Part shown: in pieces, positions 8,064-17,463 of the stretch
Position numbering within the stretch: the stretch's first letter is position 1
How the letters are laid out: every line of letters starts with the position of its first letter
From: a bacterium HR20
GTDB taxonomy: Bacteria > Bacteroidota > Ignavibacteria > Kapaibacteriales > NICIL-2
Direction of reading: 5' to 3'
Assembly (NCBI GenBank): GCA_002898675.1
Contig: BEHW01000001.1
Span: forward strand, 1-50,341
DNA: 50,341 nt
Translations under genes and position numbers: made by a program
Notes under the pieces: model-generated
Seen by the model: the letters and a program-made list of their open reading frames with translations, nothing else
Told to the model about the DNA's origin: nothing
Databases searched by the model: none

Positions 8064-9389
8064 ATGGCAATCGTTGGACCGGAAAGTAGCTATGCAGAGC
8101 GTGCGCGGCATGCAGATGCAGCCGATGCGCTTGCTTCCTTCCGCGAGGAATTTGTACGTCCGATGCGTGATGGAACGCCCTGTGCCTACTTTGCCGGCAA
8201 TTCGCTCGGTCTGATGCCACGCAGGGCACGTGCAGCACTGGAGGAAGTCCTCACCGAATGGGGCGACCTCGCCGTCGAAGGACACATGCATGCGCACCGG
8301 CCGTGGTACCGCTACCACGAGGACTTGGCACCCCTGCTGGCGGAACTCGTCGGTGCAGGAGCCGATGAAGTGGTAGCGATGAACAGCCTAACGGTGAACC
8401 TTCACTTGATGCTGGCAAGTTTCTACCGCCCATCGGGGCGGCGGCGCAAGATTTTGCTCTTGCCGGGGGAATTCCCGAGTGATCGGTATGCAGCGGAAAG
8501 CCACGTTCGTTGGCATGGCCTGGAGCGGAGCGAGTGCATCGTCGAGCTTGACCACTCGCCGCTGGAGCCTATTACTACAGCGGCGATCATCGAAACCATC
8601 GAAGCGTTGGGGGAAGAGTTAGCCCTGGTGCACATGAGCGCGGTGCACTACCTGACCGGTCAGTTCTTCGATATCCCAACAATCACAGCGGCTGCTCACC
8701 GTGTCGGTGCCTTTGCAGGCTGGGACCTTGCGCATGCGATTGGAAACGTTCCGCTCCAGCTGCACGACTGGGAGGTTGATTATGCCGTCTGGTGCTCGTA
8801 CAAGTACCTCAACTCCGGACCTGGCGGTGTCGGTGGTGCGTTTGTGCATCGTCGGCACGCTCAGAACCCAGCGACGTTTCGACTTGCCGGATGGTGGGGG
8901 AACGATCCAGCGACGCGCTTTACGATGCCACAGTGGTTCGAACCGGTTCCGAGTGCCGACAGCTGGCAACTCAGCAATGCACCAGTGCTGGCGCTGGCAG
9001 TTCACCGCGTGGCGCTCGAGCAGTTTCACCGTGCGACGATGGAGCGCCTCCGCCAGAAGAGCATACACCTGACCGGCTTTTTAGAAGAGCTGCTTATCGA
9101 ACTGGGACGAACCTATCCGGAGCTTGGTCTTGCGATCGTTACACCGCCTTCCTCCAAGGAGCGGGGAGCACAGCTATCGGTACGACTTGCAGCCTCGTGC
9201 AACGCGATGTACGAGTACCTGTTGGCACGCGGGATCGTCGTTGATGTACGCAAGCCGGACGTTATCCGCATCGCACCGGCGCCGCTCTACACCTCGTTCA
9301 TGGATGTTGTCCGGCTCTGCCGTGCAGTCGAGGAGTTTGCGCTCCGCCAGCTCCCACACCGAAAGAGCAGCCATGTGCCCACCAAGTGA
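8064..9389 (+). CDS. kynU: Kynureninase
   Basis: ATG 8064. YFAGNSLGLMP, AMNSLTVNLHLML, FPSDRYA and the PLP-lysine block WCSYKYLNSGPGGVGGAFVH are kynureninase signatures. 441 aa. Confidence 0.92.
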   Translation: MAIVGPESSYAERARHADAADALASFREEFVRPMRDGTPCAYFAGNSLGLMPRRARAALEEVLTEWGDLAVEGHMHAHRPWYRYHEDLAPLLAELVGAGADEVVAMNSLTVNLHLMLASFYRPSGRRRKILLLPGEFPSDRYAAESHVRWHGLERSECIVELDHSPLEPITTAAIIETIEALGEELALVHMSAVHYLTGQFFDIPTITAAAHRVGAFAGWDLAHAIGNVPLQLHDWEVDYAVWCSYKYLNSGPGGVGGAFVHRRHAQNPATFRLAGWWGNDPATRFTMPQWFEPVPSADSWQLSNAPVLALAVHRVALEQFHRATMERLRQKSIHLTGFLEELLIELGRTYPELGLAIVTPPSSKERGAQLSVRLAASCNAMYEYLLARGIVVDVRKPDVIRIAPAPLYTSFMDVVRLCRAVEEFALRQLPHRKSSHVPTK

Positions 9390-9624
9390 AAACGATCGAA
9401 CGCCCTGGGTGCTCCTCTACACGACGAACACGCTCTGGGAGGCTGAGATTGTCGTCGGGTACCTTCGCTCGCATGGAATCGAGGCAGTGGTCGTGCCGCA
9501 GGTAGATTCTTCGCGCGCACTCACCGTGGGCAGTCTGGCAATTGCGAAAGTGTACGTTCCCTCCGCTCTCTACATGGAAGCGGCGCATCTGCTCGAAGAG
9601 TATCGCCTCCAGCAACGACAATAG
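9373..9624 (+). CDS. DUF2007-family small protein
   Basis: ATG 9373 inside ORF 9124..9624, with a 17-nt overlap with the kynU end. WVLLYTTNTLWEAEIVVGYLRSHGIEAVVVPQ...KVYVPSALYMEAAHLL fits the DUF2007 pattern. Confidence 0.65.
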   Translation: MCPPSENDRTPWVLLYTTNTLWEAEIVVGYLRSHGIEAVVVPQVDSSRALTVGSLAIAKVYVPSALYMEAAHLLEEYRLQQRQ

Positions 9625-9628
9625 CACG

Positions 9629-11209
9629 TTATCGCACGACGACCTCGGCGCGGAGTGTACGTCCACCTGCACGAAGGTGACAGTACAGCACCCCCGCTGC
9701 GCATGTAGGGACTGCCACACTGCACCGATGGGGACCTGCCTCCAAGTACCCGACGCCTGTAGTTCCCAGCAGACGCCCTCCAGCATCATAAAATTGGGCG
9801 GTCACTTCGCTTGGGACGGGAAGCACGAACTCCAAGCAAAGTTGCTGCCCGTGCGCAACGGGATTAGGGGAACACACTAACTGATCAGCGTGTGAAGGGG
9901 AAGACTCACCGACGCTGGTTGTCGAGTTGCGAATGATGGGGATGGTCTCAAAATTTTTGAGCATCACTGCTTGGAGCGTTGAACTCTCAACTCCATACCA
10001 CTGGGCTAAAATCGAGGCGTACACTTGGCGGAAATCATACTGCATGCGGAGATTGCCGTTGTTATCGAGGTCGCTCAAGCTCGGATTTGCTCCACGAATC
10101 CCTGGAATAACTTGCGGGCCGAACACAAACATCGGCGCTGCAGTTCCATGGTCAGTACCGTTGCTGGCGTTCGATGCAACACGCCGACCGAATTCAGAAA
10201 ATGTCATGGCCACCACGCGATCAGCAACGCCCAACTGGCGTAGGTCATCGTAGAACGCTGCGACCGCATCCGAAAGCCTCCCGAGCAACGTAGCGTGAAT
10301 GCCTTGGGTGGTGTCGGTCGTATCAACTTGTGCAGCATGGGTATCGAACCCACCGAGTGAAACCATGTACACACGTGTTTGCAAACCGCCGGCAATGAGG
10401 CGAGCAACAATTTTGAGCTGGTCAGCAAGCGTGTTGTTCGATGGATACGTCGCCTTGTTCTGCGCACGGTCAGCGGCGGTCTTGATGCTGGATGAATATT
10501 GTTGGGACTTCAGCTCCACCTGACGAAGATAGGCTAACTCATGGCCGGGGCGAGTATCAGGAATGCTCCCGCCAGCGCTGCTCTGGGTGCCATTGATGAT
10601 GTCGTAGAATGTCTGCGGATCCTGGAGTGCTAAGCCCATCGAGGCAAGCGGCCCCTGCAATGCCAAGGCGAGCACGGCACCAATTTGCACAGCAGGTGGA
10701 TCAGGAGCGTTGTCGTTGGGATAGCCGTTGGGGTAGTTCGGATAGAGCGTATCAAGGTACCGCCCCAGCCACCCAGTGGTCAGGTATTGATCCGCATCGG
10801 AGGCAGTCATCCAAATGTCTGTCGAGCGGAAGTGAGAAAGGTTCGTGTTCGGATACGTCACTCCTTGGATGATTGCAACCAAGCCATCGTTGTACATCCG
10901 CTGGAGTGCACCCATTGCAGGGTGTAGGGCTGTGCTATCGCTGATTGGCAGCAATTTCGACTCTGGTAGCGCAATCTGCGGCCGGACCTGGTAATACGTG
11001 CTCAGCTGGTCGAGCGGCACGACGGTGTTGATCCCATCGTTGCCACCGTTGAGCTGAATGAGCACCAGCACTCGATCAGTGCTGCTGAGCGCTTGCCATA
11101 ACGCATCCAACACGCGCGACCTTCCGACTGCCCGAATTGGGAACCCTCCGAGCACCAACGGAAGAGTAATCAAGGGGGAAGCAGCTTTCAGGAAATCACG
11201 GCGTTTCAT
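9629..11209 (-). CDS. DUF1501 (sulfatase/phosphatase-superfamily-like) protein with Tat signal and T9SS C-terminal domain
   Basis: ATG 11209..11207. N-terminus MKRRDFLKAASPLITLP is a twin-arginine motif. The core (NGGNDGINTVVP, GGFDTHAAQ, NGTDHGTAAPMFVFG) is DUF1501-like. The last ~80 aa (SPNPVAHGQQLCLEFVL...AQFYDAGGRLLG...GVLYCHLRAGGRTLRAEVVVR) fits the T9SS CTD pattern. Confidence 0.88.
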   Translation of the reverse strand: MKRRDFLKAASPLITLPLVLGGFPIRAVGRSRVLDALWQALSSTDRVLVLIQLNGGNDGINTVVPLDQLSTYYQVRPQIALPESKLLPISDSTALHPAMGALQRMYNDGLVAIIQGVTYPNTNLSHFRSTDIWMTASDADQYLTTGWLGRYLDTLYPNYPNGYPNDNAPDPPAVQIGAVLALALQGPLASMGLALQDPQTFYDIINGTQSSAGGSIPDTRPGHELAYLRQVELKSQQYSSSIKTAADRAQNKATYPSNNTLADQLKIVARLIAGGLQTRVYMVSLGGFDTHAAQVDTTDTTQGIHATLLGRLSDAVAAFYDDLRQLGVADRVVAMTFSEFGRRVASNASNGTDHGTAAPMFVFGPQVIPGIRGANPSLSDLDNNGNLRMQYDFRQVYASILAQWYGVESSTLQAVMLKNFETIPIIRNSTTSVGESSPSHADQLVCSPNPVAHGQQLCLEFVLPVPSEVTAQFYDAGGRLLGTTGVGYLEAGPHRCSVAVPTCAAGVLYCHLRAGGRTLRAEVVVR

Positions 11210-11229
11210 CGGTCATCGGTCCGAAGGTG

Positions 11230-12795
11230 TTACATCAACTGGAATTCTGCAAGTCGGAACATCGAGCGGAGAAGGTTTTGCAGACGTTGCTTGGCCGCAC
11301 CGCGCGCGGAGGGGTCAGTAGGGTTAGCTTTATAGGCTGCCCAGATCTGTGCCCATTCGTACACCTGACCCCCTGCCATCAGTACATTGCGCGCTAAGTC
11401 GTCCCGCTGCTGGTCGGTGAGGGGGTAGGCAGGCAGCAGTTCTTGCTCAAGGTCCCGAATGAGTTGGGCGTAGTCACCTGGATTGCTGCTCACTTGTTCG
11501 GCATATGCCAGAACGTCGAGTATGTACTGCCGCGGCAGTAGTCGGCTTCCGAAAATGATTCCATCGGTCACACTGTAGCGCGTCGGGAGTGTGGCACTAT
11601 TGATCCAGAGCCGGTAGTAGTCTGGTGTTTGGTAGTAGGCAGGCCAGCCTGCGACGCTTGGGGGATCCATCGGATTTTGCTGGAGGGCTGCTGCAATCCC
11701 AACGAGTGCGTTGAGCAGTTGCGTTTTGCTTTGCTGGTCGGTCGGAAGTGGAAAGCCCGCTGTCGTAAACAGCATGCAGAGGAAATCGAGCGGACTTTTG
11801 ATCATTGCGCCGATGTTCTGGTCGTCGTAGAAGTGCTGGCTTTTCAAGAGCACTTCCAGCACAGGCTTGATCTCGAAGTTCGACTGTCGCAGCAGCACTG
11901 CAAGCGGCTCGATGACTTCACGTTCGGTCTGCTGGTCAATCTGATAGAACACAAACCAGCGATAGATCTTGCGCACAAAGAACCGCGCTGTTTCCTCCTG
12001 CGAAAAAATCATCTCCAGCAAGTCCGATAGCTCTTCCTGTCCTGCAGTTGCCCCACTCCTGCCACGAATGACAGTGTTGCCATATGCAGCGGAAAATTGC
12101 TTGTCCCCTTTATCGTGCAGAGTCGGATTGAAAATGCTCGTGCTCGGGTCACCGATGCGCTGCACACGCCACCCCGTCAGAACGCGTGCTGCTTGCTGGA
12201 CATCATGCTCGGTGTAGTTCGTGTAATCGCCGGGTGCACGCTCAGGACCTTTGCCAATGGTAAAAAGCTCTTGAAGTTCCCGCGCATAGTTTTCGTTTGG
12301 TTTTTGCGCGGTGTTCTGATCCCCGTTGAGATACCGCAGCATTCCCGGATCAATTGTCACCTGGTAGGTCAACTCTTTGAGGTTGCCCAGCGCGTATCGT
12401 CGCAGCTTTTGGTTGTGGTGATATTGATAGCGGGAGTCCGCGATTGTGTCCGCTTCTGTCGCAAAGTAGTTGTGCCACAGGAGTGTCAACTTCTCGATAA
12501 TGGAAATTCGATCGGTACGGAGCATTTGCTCAAGCCACCAACCCTTCACTGCAAGGCGATACTGCGCATCCCCCTGCATTGGAGTTGTACTGTTGACCCA
12601 CGTCTGCCCTGTCGCTGGGTCGAGTGGTGGATCTGGCACAGGACGATCGGCAAGCAGTTCCTCGACGGCTCCATCCAGGCCACGCTGGACGAGCTGCTCA
12701 ACAAATCGTTTTGAACTGAGGAACGTTGTTCGCCGCAACAAATGTCCCGCTCGCCGCGCATCCCACGGACCTGTGTAACGATCGAGTGCACTCAT
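11230..12795 (-). CDS. DUF1800-family protein
   Basis: The ORF track start at 12801 is TTG, and the first ATG is at 12795 (MSALDRY). RAGHLLRRTTF near the N-terminus and the overall size match DUF1800, the usual partner of DUF1501. No hydrophobic signal peptide is visible. 20-nt gap to the DUF1501 gene. Confidence 0.85.
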   Translation of the reverse strand: MSALDRYTGPWDARRAGHLLRRTTFLSSKRFVEQLVQRGLDGAVEELLADRPVPDPPLDPATGQTWVNSTTPMQGDAQYRLAVKGWWLEQMLRTDRISIIEKLTLLWHNYFATEADTIADSRYQYHHNQKLRRYALGNLKELTYQVTIDPGMLRYLNGDQNTAQKPNENYARELQELFTIGKGPERAPGDYTNYTEHDVQQAARVLTGWRVQRIGDPSTSIFNPTLHDKGDKQFSAAYGNTVIRGRSGATAGQEELSDLLEMIFSQEETARFFVRKIYRWFVFYQIDQQTEREVIEPLAVLLRQSNFEIKPVLEVLLKSQHFYDDQNIGAMIKSPLDFLCMLFTTAGFPLPTDQQSKTQLLNALVGIAAALQQNPMDPPSVAGWPAYYQTPDYYRLWINSATLPTRYSVTDGIIFGSRLLPRQYILDVLAYAEQVSSNPGDYAQLIRDLEQELLPAYPLTDQQRDDLARNVLMAGGQVYEWAQIWAAYKANPTDPSARGAAKQRLQNLLRSMFRLAEFQLM

Positions 12796-12949
12796 GGACA
12801 AGCTCCGGAGAATCGTTCAACCTTGCTGGCTTGGCTATACTCTGCCGCAGTGCGGCACATAACCAGCTCCTGCAATAAACAGCGCCAGCATGTACGGTTA
12901 CAGCGCTGCTCTTCGACGCACGCACTAGCTGAGTGGTTTAACTCGAACG

Positions 12950-13729
12950 TTACACAACGTAGCCAAACAACGCATCGAGCACCAGAATTGCTGCTGCGGA
13001 AATCGTAAACGCCCGCACCGTGCTCGAGCCAACCCCTTCTGCACCCCCACTTGTCTGCATGCCAACCCAGCATCCTATCAGTGCCGTTGTTCCCCCGAAC
13101 ACAAACGATTTGACAAGCCCGATGACTACCTCACTGGTGCGGAAAAACCGCACGATCGAATCGAAGAACATCGCAGCCGAAAACTCGAACTTGAGCGCTG
13201 TCAGCACGTAGGCTCCAACCAGAGCCACAACGTTCGAAAACACCGCCAGCACCGGCATCATCGTCAGCGCTGCGAGCACGCGCGGCATCCCCAGGTAGCG
13301 ATCCCGGTCAATTGCCATCATCTCTAGAGCATCCAGTTGCTCTGAAACTGCCATCGTCCCGATCTGCGCTGCAATTGCACCACCGACGCGCCCGGCAATC
13401 ACCAGCGCGGTCAGTACGGGCGTTAGCTCAGTGAAAACAACGGTTGCAATCGAACCACCGATGTACGGCCGCGCAATCCCAATGAGATTGAACTTCGCAA
13501 AGAGGTTCGTCGCCTGGAGTGCAGCGATTGCGCCGGTAAACGAGCCGATCAGCATCACCAGCGGTAGTGAATCAGCACCAACGAGCGCCATCTGCGCTAC
13601 AACCAAATGCCGGTCACGTCCAGCACGCGGGATGTAGCGTACAATGCGCCACAGAAGCAAAAGAATACTGCCGAGCTGTTCGAAGAAGGAAAGTGTTACG
13701 CGGCCAATCCATGCGACGAACCCAAGCAT
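12950..13729 (-). CDS. mlaE: MlaE-family ABC transporter permease
   Basis: ATG 13729..13727. 259 aa polytopic protein. FTGAIAALQ..., ELTPVLTALVIAGRVGGAIAAQIGTMAVSEQLDALEMMAIDR is the conserved MlaE/TTG2B block. Confidence 0.88.
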   Translation of the reverse strand: MLGFVAWIGRVTLSFFEQLGSILLLLWRIVRYIPRAGRDRHLVVAQMALVGADSLPLVMLIGSFTGAIAALQATNLFAKFNLIGIARPYIGGSIATVVFTELTPVLTALVIAGRVGGAIAAQIGTMAVSEQLDALEMMAIDRDRYLGMPRVLAALTMMPVLAVFSNVVALVGAYVLTALKFEFSAAMFFDSIVRFFRTSEVVIGLVKSFVFGGTTALIGCWVGMQTSGGAEGVGSSTVRAFTISAAAILVLDALFGYVV

Positions 13730-13747
13730 CGCTCGCTGCCGATGTAG

Positions 13748-15019
13748 TTAGAACCCCACAAAGCTACGGAGCGACCACACCGCCAGCACCACAGCCGATG
13801 CGCCAAGTGAGAGCGCTACAATGCGCCGCACTGCACGCTCCCCACGCATCACTGCAATCCCAATCTTGACAAGCGTGTTGGTGAGCATTGCTGCAACGAT
13901 GACACTTTCGGCCACGGCAAGTGTCACGCTACCTGCGGCCGTGCTGCTGCTCATTGCAATGGTGATCGCATCCAAATCAGCTAAGCCGCTTATTGCTCCG
14001 AGAACCAAAAGCCCGCTCCTGCCAAACGCATCGTTGAGGATTGCTCCAAGCGACGCAATCCCAGCATAGAACCCACCGAACGCGAGCGCAGAGCGGAGCT
14101 GCGCAGGATTCCCTGGTGATGCAGGCAATGGTGCATCATCCTCTGGCGAGAGCGATGTCATCCTCCGCACTGTAAGCCACAACGCACCCAAGCCTGCTGC
14201 CGCACTTGCCAGCAAGACAGGGAATAGTTGTGCTAAAAATGCCCGATGGAAGACGGCTGTAAAAAAACCAACGCGAATGAACATCACGCACGAAGCCAAG
14301 GCGATCCCGATGCCGTAGAACTGCACCGTTCGAGGATTTCCCCGACTCTGCGACGCAAAGGACCACGTCACCGCCGTCGAAGAAACCAAACTCCCGACGA
14401 TTGCGCTCAGCACAATGCTATGTCGCGCGTGGAGGTACTTTGTAGCAACGTAGCCTGCAACGTTGATCGCGGTCACGAGCGCCACCACCATCCATATCCG
14501 CCGGGGGTTGAGCACACCGTTTGGCCCAAGCGGCATATCCGGCAGCAATGGTAGTACCACCGCTGCCACAACCGCGAACGTCACAATTGCGCGAACATCG
14601 GTGGGTGTAAGCGTCTCGACCCACCGATGGAGCTGTACCTTCTGCGATAGAAGCACCGTTCCAACTACTGCACCGAGCAATGCCGGCACTGTATGGCCCG
14701 CACCAAGCGCAACACCGACGACACCGGCAAGGACCAGCGCCAGCTCGGTTGTAATGCCACGTGTCTTTCCACTGATGCCCGCAGCAACTGCGATGCCCGC
14801 GATTGCAACGATTCCTGCACCGGCAATGATTCCACCGAACTGCGTGCTGAGCAGCCCTGCGATGTATCCGATCACGCAGCTCAAGGGAAAGGTCCGTATG
14901 CCACCAATTGCCGTATGATGGACACGCTTGGATACCTCACGCTCCATACCCATGAGCAATCCCAGCGCCAGTGCCAGCGCGAAGTTGATCAGCTGCTGCG
15001 TCTCGAAGGCAAACTCCAT
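13748..15019 (-). CDS. MgtC/SapB-family plus DUF4010 membrane protein
   Basis: ATG 15019..15017. LLMGMEREVSKRVHHTAIGGIRTFPL resembles the MgtC N-terminal motif. About 12 predicted TM segments and 423 aa, typical of the MgtC+DUF4010 architecture. Confidence 0.8.
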   Translation of the reverse strand: MEFAFETQQLINFALALALGLLMGMEREVSKRVHHTAIGGIRTFPLSCVIGYIAGLLSTQFGGIIAGAGIVAIAGIAVAAGISGKTRGITTELALVLAGVVGVALGAGHTVPALLGAVVGTVLLSQKVQLHRWVETLTPTDVRAIVTFAVVAAVVLPLLPDMPLGPNGVLNPRRIWMVVALVTAINVAGYVATKYLHARHSIVLSAIVGSLVSSTAVTWSFASQSRGNPRTVQFYGIGIALASCVMFIRVGFFTAVFHRAFLAQLFPVLLASAAAGLGALWLTVRRMTSLSPEDDAPLPASPGNPAQLRSALAFGGFYAGIASLGAILNDAFGRSGLLVLGAISGLADLDAITIAMSSSTAAGSVTLAVAESVIVAAMLTNTLVKIGIAVMRGERAVRRIVALSLGASAVVLAVWSLRSFVGF

Positions 15020-15198
15020 GGTTCCTGCAGGACGTTGAACGGATGGTTACCAGCAGTGCACGCCTACCAAGTCAATGCTCACTGCCAGGCGAAAAATAAT
15101 CATCGCCCACGCAGCGCAGAGCAGGCAATTTCCACTGCCTCATTCCGTCTTGTGCGGTGCACATCCTCTGTTCCACACTCTAACCGAAGGAGAGCCCG

Positions 15199-17457
15199 AT
15201 GGCATTTGATTTCGACATGATCCGCCGCGTTTACGCGCGATTGCCAGAGCGCATCGCCGCAGCACGTCGTATCGTCGGTCGGCCGATGACACTTGCGGAA
15301 AAAATCCTCTACGCACACATGGCAGAATTGCCATCCACGCCACCAGTGCGCGGGAAAGACTACGTCGAGTTCTACCCCGACCGCGTCGCAATGCAAGATG
15401 CAACGGCTCAGATGGCACTGCTGCAATTCATGAGCGCGGGTATCCCGAAGGTTGCCGTGCCGACCACAGTGCACTGCGACCACCTCATCCGCGCAGAACG
15501 CGGTGCAAAAGAGGACCTCCAAACCGCCCTCATCGAAAACGACGAGGTGTTCCAATTCCTGGCTTCCGTTTCGAAAAAGTACGGCATTGGGTTCTGGAAA
15601 CCGGGCGCGGGAATTATTCACCAAGTCGTGCTCGAAAACTATGCCTTCCCCGGTGGCATGATGATCGGCACCGACTCGCATACACCAAACGCTGGTGGCT
15701 TAGGAATGGTGGCAATCGGCGTCGGCGGTGCCGATGCCGTGGACGTGATGGCCGGCATGCCGTGGGAATTGCTGATGCCCAAGCACATCGGCGTACGACT
15801 AACGGGCAAGATGAATGGCTGGACTGCACCGAAAGACGTCATCTTGAAGCTCGCCGGCATTCTGACGGTCAAAGGTGGAACAGGTGCGATCATCGAGTAC
15901 TTCGGCGATGGCTGCGCAACCATCAGCGCGACGGGCAAAGCAACCATTTGCAACATGGGCGCTGAAGTTGGCGCAACCACTTCGATCTTTCCTTACGACG
16001 ACGCAATGGATCGCTACCTGCGTGCGACCGGCCGTTCTGACGTTGCCGATGCAGCACGCCCACTGGCGGAATACCTTCGCCACGATGACGACGTCGAACG
16101 CAATCCGGAGAAGTACTTCGATCGCATCATCGAGATTGATCTTTCCACACTCGAACCGCACATCAACGGACCCTTCACGCCCGACCGTGCAATGCCGATC
16201 AGCGAGTTCGTCAAGGAGGTCGAGAAAAACGGCTGGTCTGCTGATCTCCGGGTCGCACTCATCGGTTCGTGCACAAACTCCTCCTACGAGGACATGACGC
16301 GCGTAGCTGAAATTGCCGAGTACGCAGCCAAACACGGACTCAAAGCTAAGTGTAAGCTTACGATTACCCCTGGCTCGGAGCAAATCCGTGCTACGATGGA
16401 GCGTGATGGGATCCTCGAAAAACTCGAAGCAATCGGTGCAACCGTCCTCGCGAACGCGTGCGGTCCGTGTATCGGACAGTGGAAGCGGCACGACGTCAAA
16501 AAAGGCGACAAGAACTCGATCATCACCTCCTTCAACCGCAACTTCAGCGGTCGGAACGATGGCAACCCCGACACGCACGCATTCGTTGCGTCGCCCGAAA
16601 CAGTGCTGGGTTTTGCCTTAGCAGGCGATCTGCGGATAGATTTTACCAAGCAGCCGATCAATGGTTCGGTGCTCAATCCACCGCGAGGAGAAGAACTTCC
16701 AGCCCGTGGATTCGTGCCGGATCCCGAAGGCTACGTCCCCCCCGCCGAAGACGGTTCGCACATCGAAGTGATCATCAAACCCGATTCGCAGCGGCTACAG
16801 AAACTCGAACCCTTCCCACCACCACGGAAGGAAGAATTCCGCGATATGGTACTCCTGCTCAAGGTCAAGGGGAAATGCACAACTGATCACATCTCGCCAG
16901 CGGGGCCATGGCTCCGCTTCCGCGGGCATCTGGATAACATTTCGAACAACATGTTCACGGGCGCAACCAACGCATTCAACGGCAAGCTCAACTCAGCAAA
17001 GAACGTGTTCACCGGCCAGTACGATGAAGTGCCCAAGGTTGCACGGGATTACAAGGCACGCGGGGTGTCGTGGATCGTTGTCGGCGAAGAAAACTACGGC
17101 GAAGGTTCATCGCGTGAGCACGCCGCGATGGAACCGCGGTACTTGGGCGGGAAGGTGATTTTGGTCAAATCGTTCGCCCGCATCCACGAGACGAACCTCA
17201 AAAAGCAAGGGATGCTGCCGCTGGTATTCGATAATCCTGCCGACTATGACCTCATCGGCGAAGATGATCGCTTTACGCTCGACATCGAGCAACTTCGACC
17301 AGGCGAGCCGCTCGAAATGCTCGTTCGCAAACCCGATGGAAGCGAGCATCGCATTCTCGTGCGGCATTCGATGAATGCACATCAACTCGAATGGTTCTGG
17401 GCTGGAAGTGCGCTCAATCTGATGGCACAGCGCTTTCGTTCAGCGGCATCGCAGTAG
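15199..17457 (+). CDS. acnA: Aconitate hydratase (mitochondrial-type, ~750 aa)
   Basis: ATG 15199 preceded by [49 protein letters not shown] and [12 protein letters not shown] are aconitase Fe-S ligand and active-site motifs. Confidence 0.95.
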   Translation: MAFDFDMIRRVYARLPERIAAARRIVGRPMTLAEKILYAHMAELPSTPPVRGKDYVEFYPDRVAMQDATAQMALLQFMSAGIPKVAVPTTVHCDHLIRAERGAKEDLQTALIENDEVFQFLASVSKKYGIGFWKPGAGIIHQVVLENYAFPGGMMIGTDSHTPNAGGLGMVAIGVGGADAVDVMAGMPWELLMPKHIGVRLTGKMNGWTAPKDVILKLAGILTVKGGTGAIIEYFGDGCATISATGKATICNMGAEVGATTSIFPYDDAMDRYLRATGRSDVADAARPLAEYLRHDDDVERNPEKYFDRIIEIDLSTLEPHINGPFTPDRAMPISEFVKEVEKNGWSADLRVALIGSCTNSSYEDMTRVAEIAEYAAKHGLKAKCKLTITPGSEQIRATMERDGILEKLEAIGATVLANACGPCIGQWKRHDVKKGDKNSIITSFNRNFSGRNDGNPDTHAFVASPETVLGFALAGDLRIDFTKQPINGSVLNPPRGEELPARGFVPDPEGYVPPAEDGSHIEVIIKPDSQRLQKLEPFPPPRKEEFRDMVLLLKVKGKCTTDHISPAGPWLRFRGHLDNISNNMFTGATNAFNGKLNSAKNVFTGQYDEVPKVARDYKARGVSWIVVGEENYGEGSSREHAAMEPRYLGGKVILVKSFARIHETNLKKQGMLPLVFDNPADYDLIGEDDRFTLDIEQLRPGEPLEMLVRKPDGSEHRILVRHSMNAHQLEWFWAGSALNLMAQRFRSAASQ

Positions 17458-17463
17458 CAGCAA

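Noticed and set aside
12843-12857. Hairpin UGCCGCAGUGCGGCA in the mlaE / DUF1800 spacer, as an intrinsic terminator
   Set aside because: It has a 6-bp stem with a 3-nt loop but no downstream U-tract on the minus (transcribed) strand, so it was not called.
15151-15163. Inverted repeat TGTGC-N3-GCACA, 36 nt upstream of the aconitase start
   Set aside because: It is too short (5-bp arms) to distinguish from chance, and it matches no motif I know.
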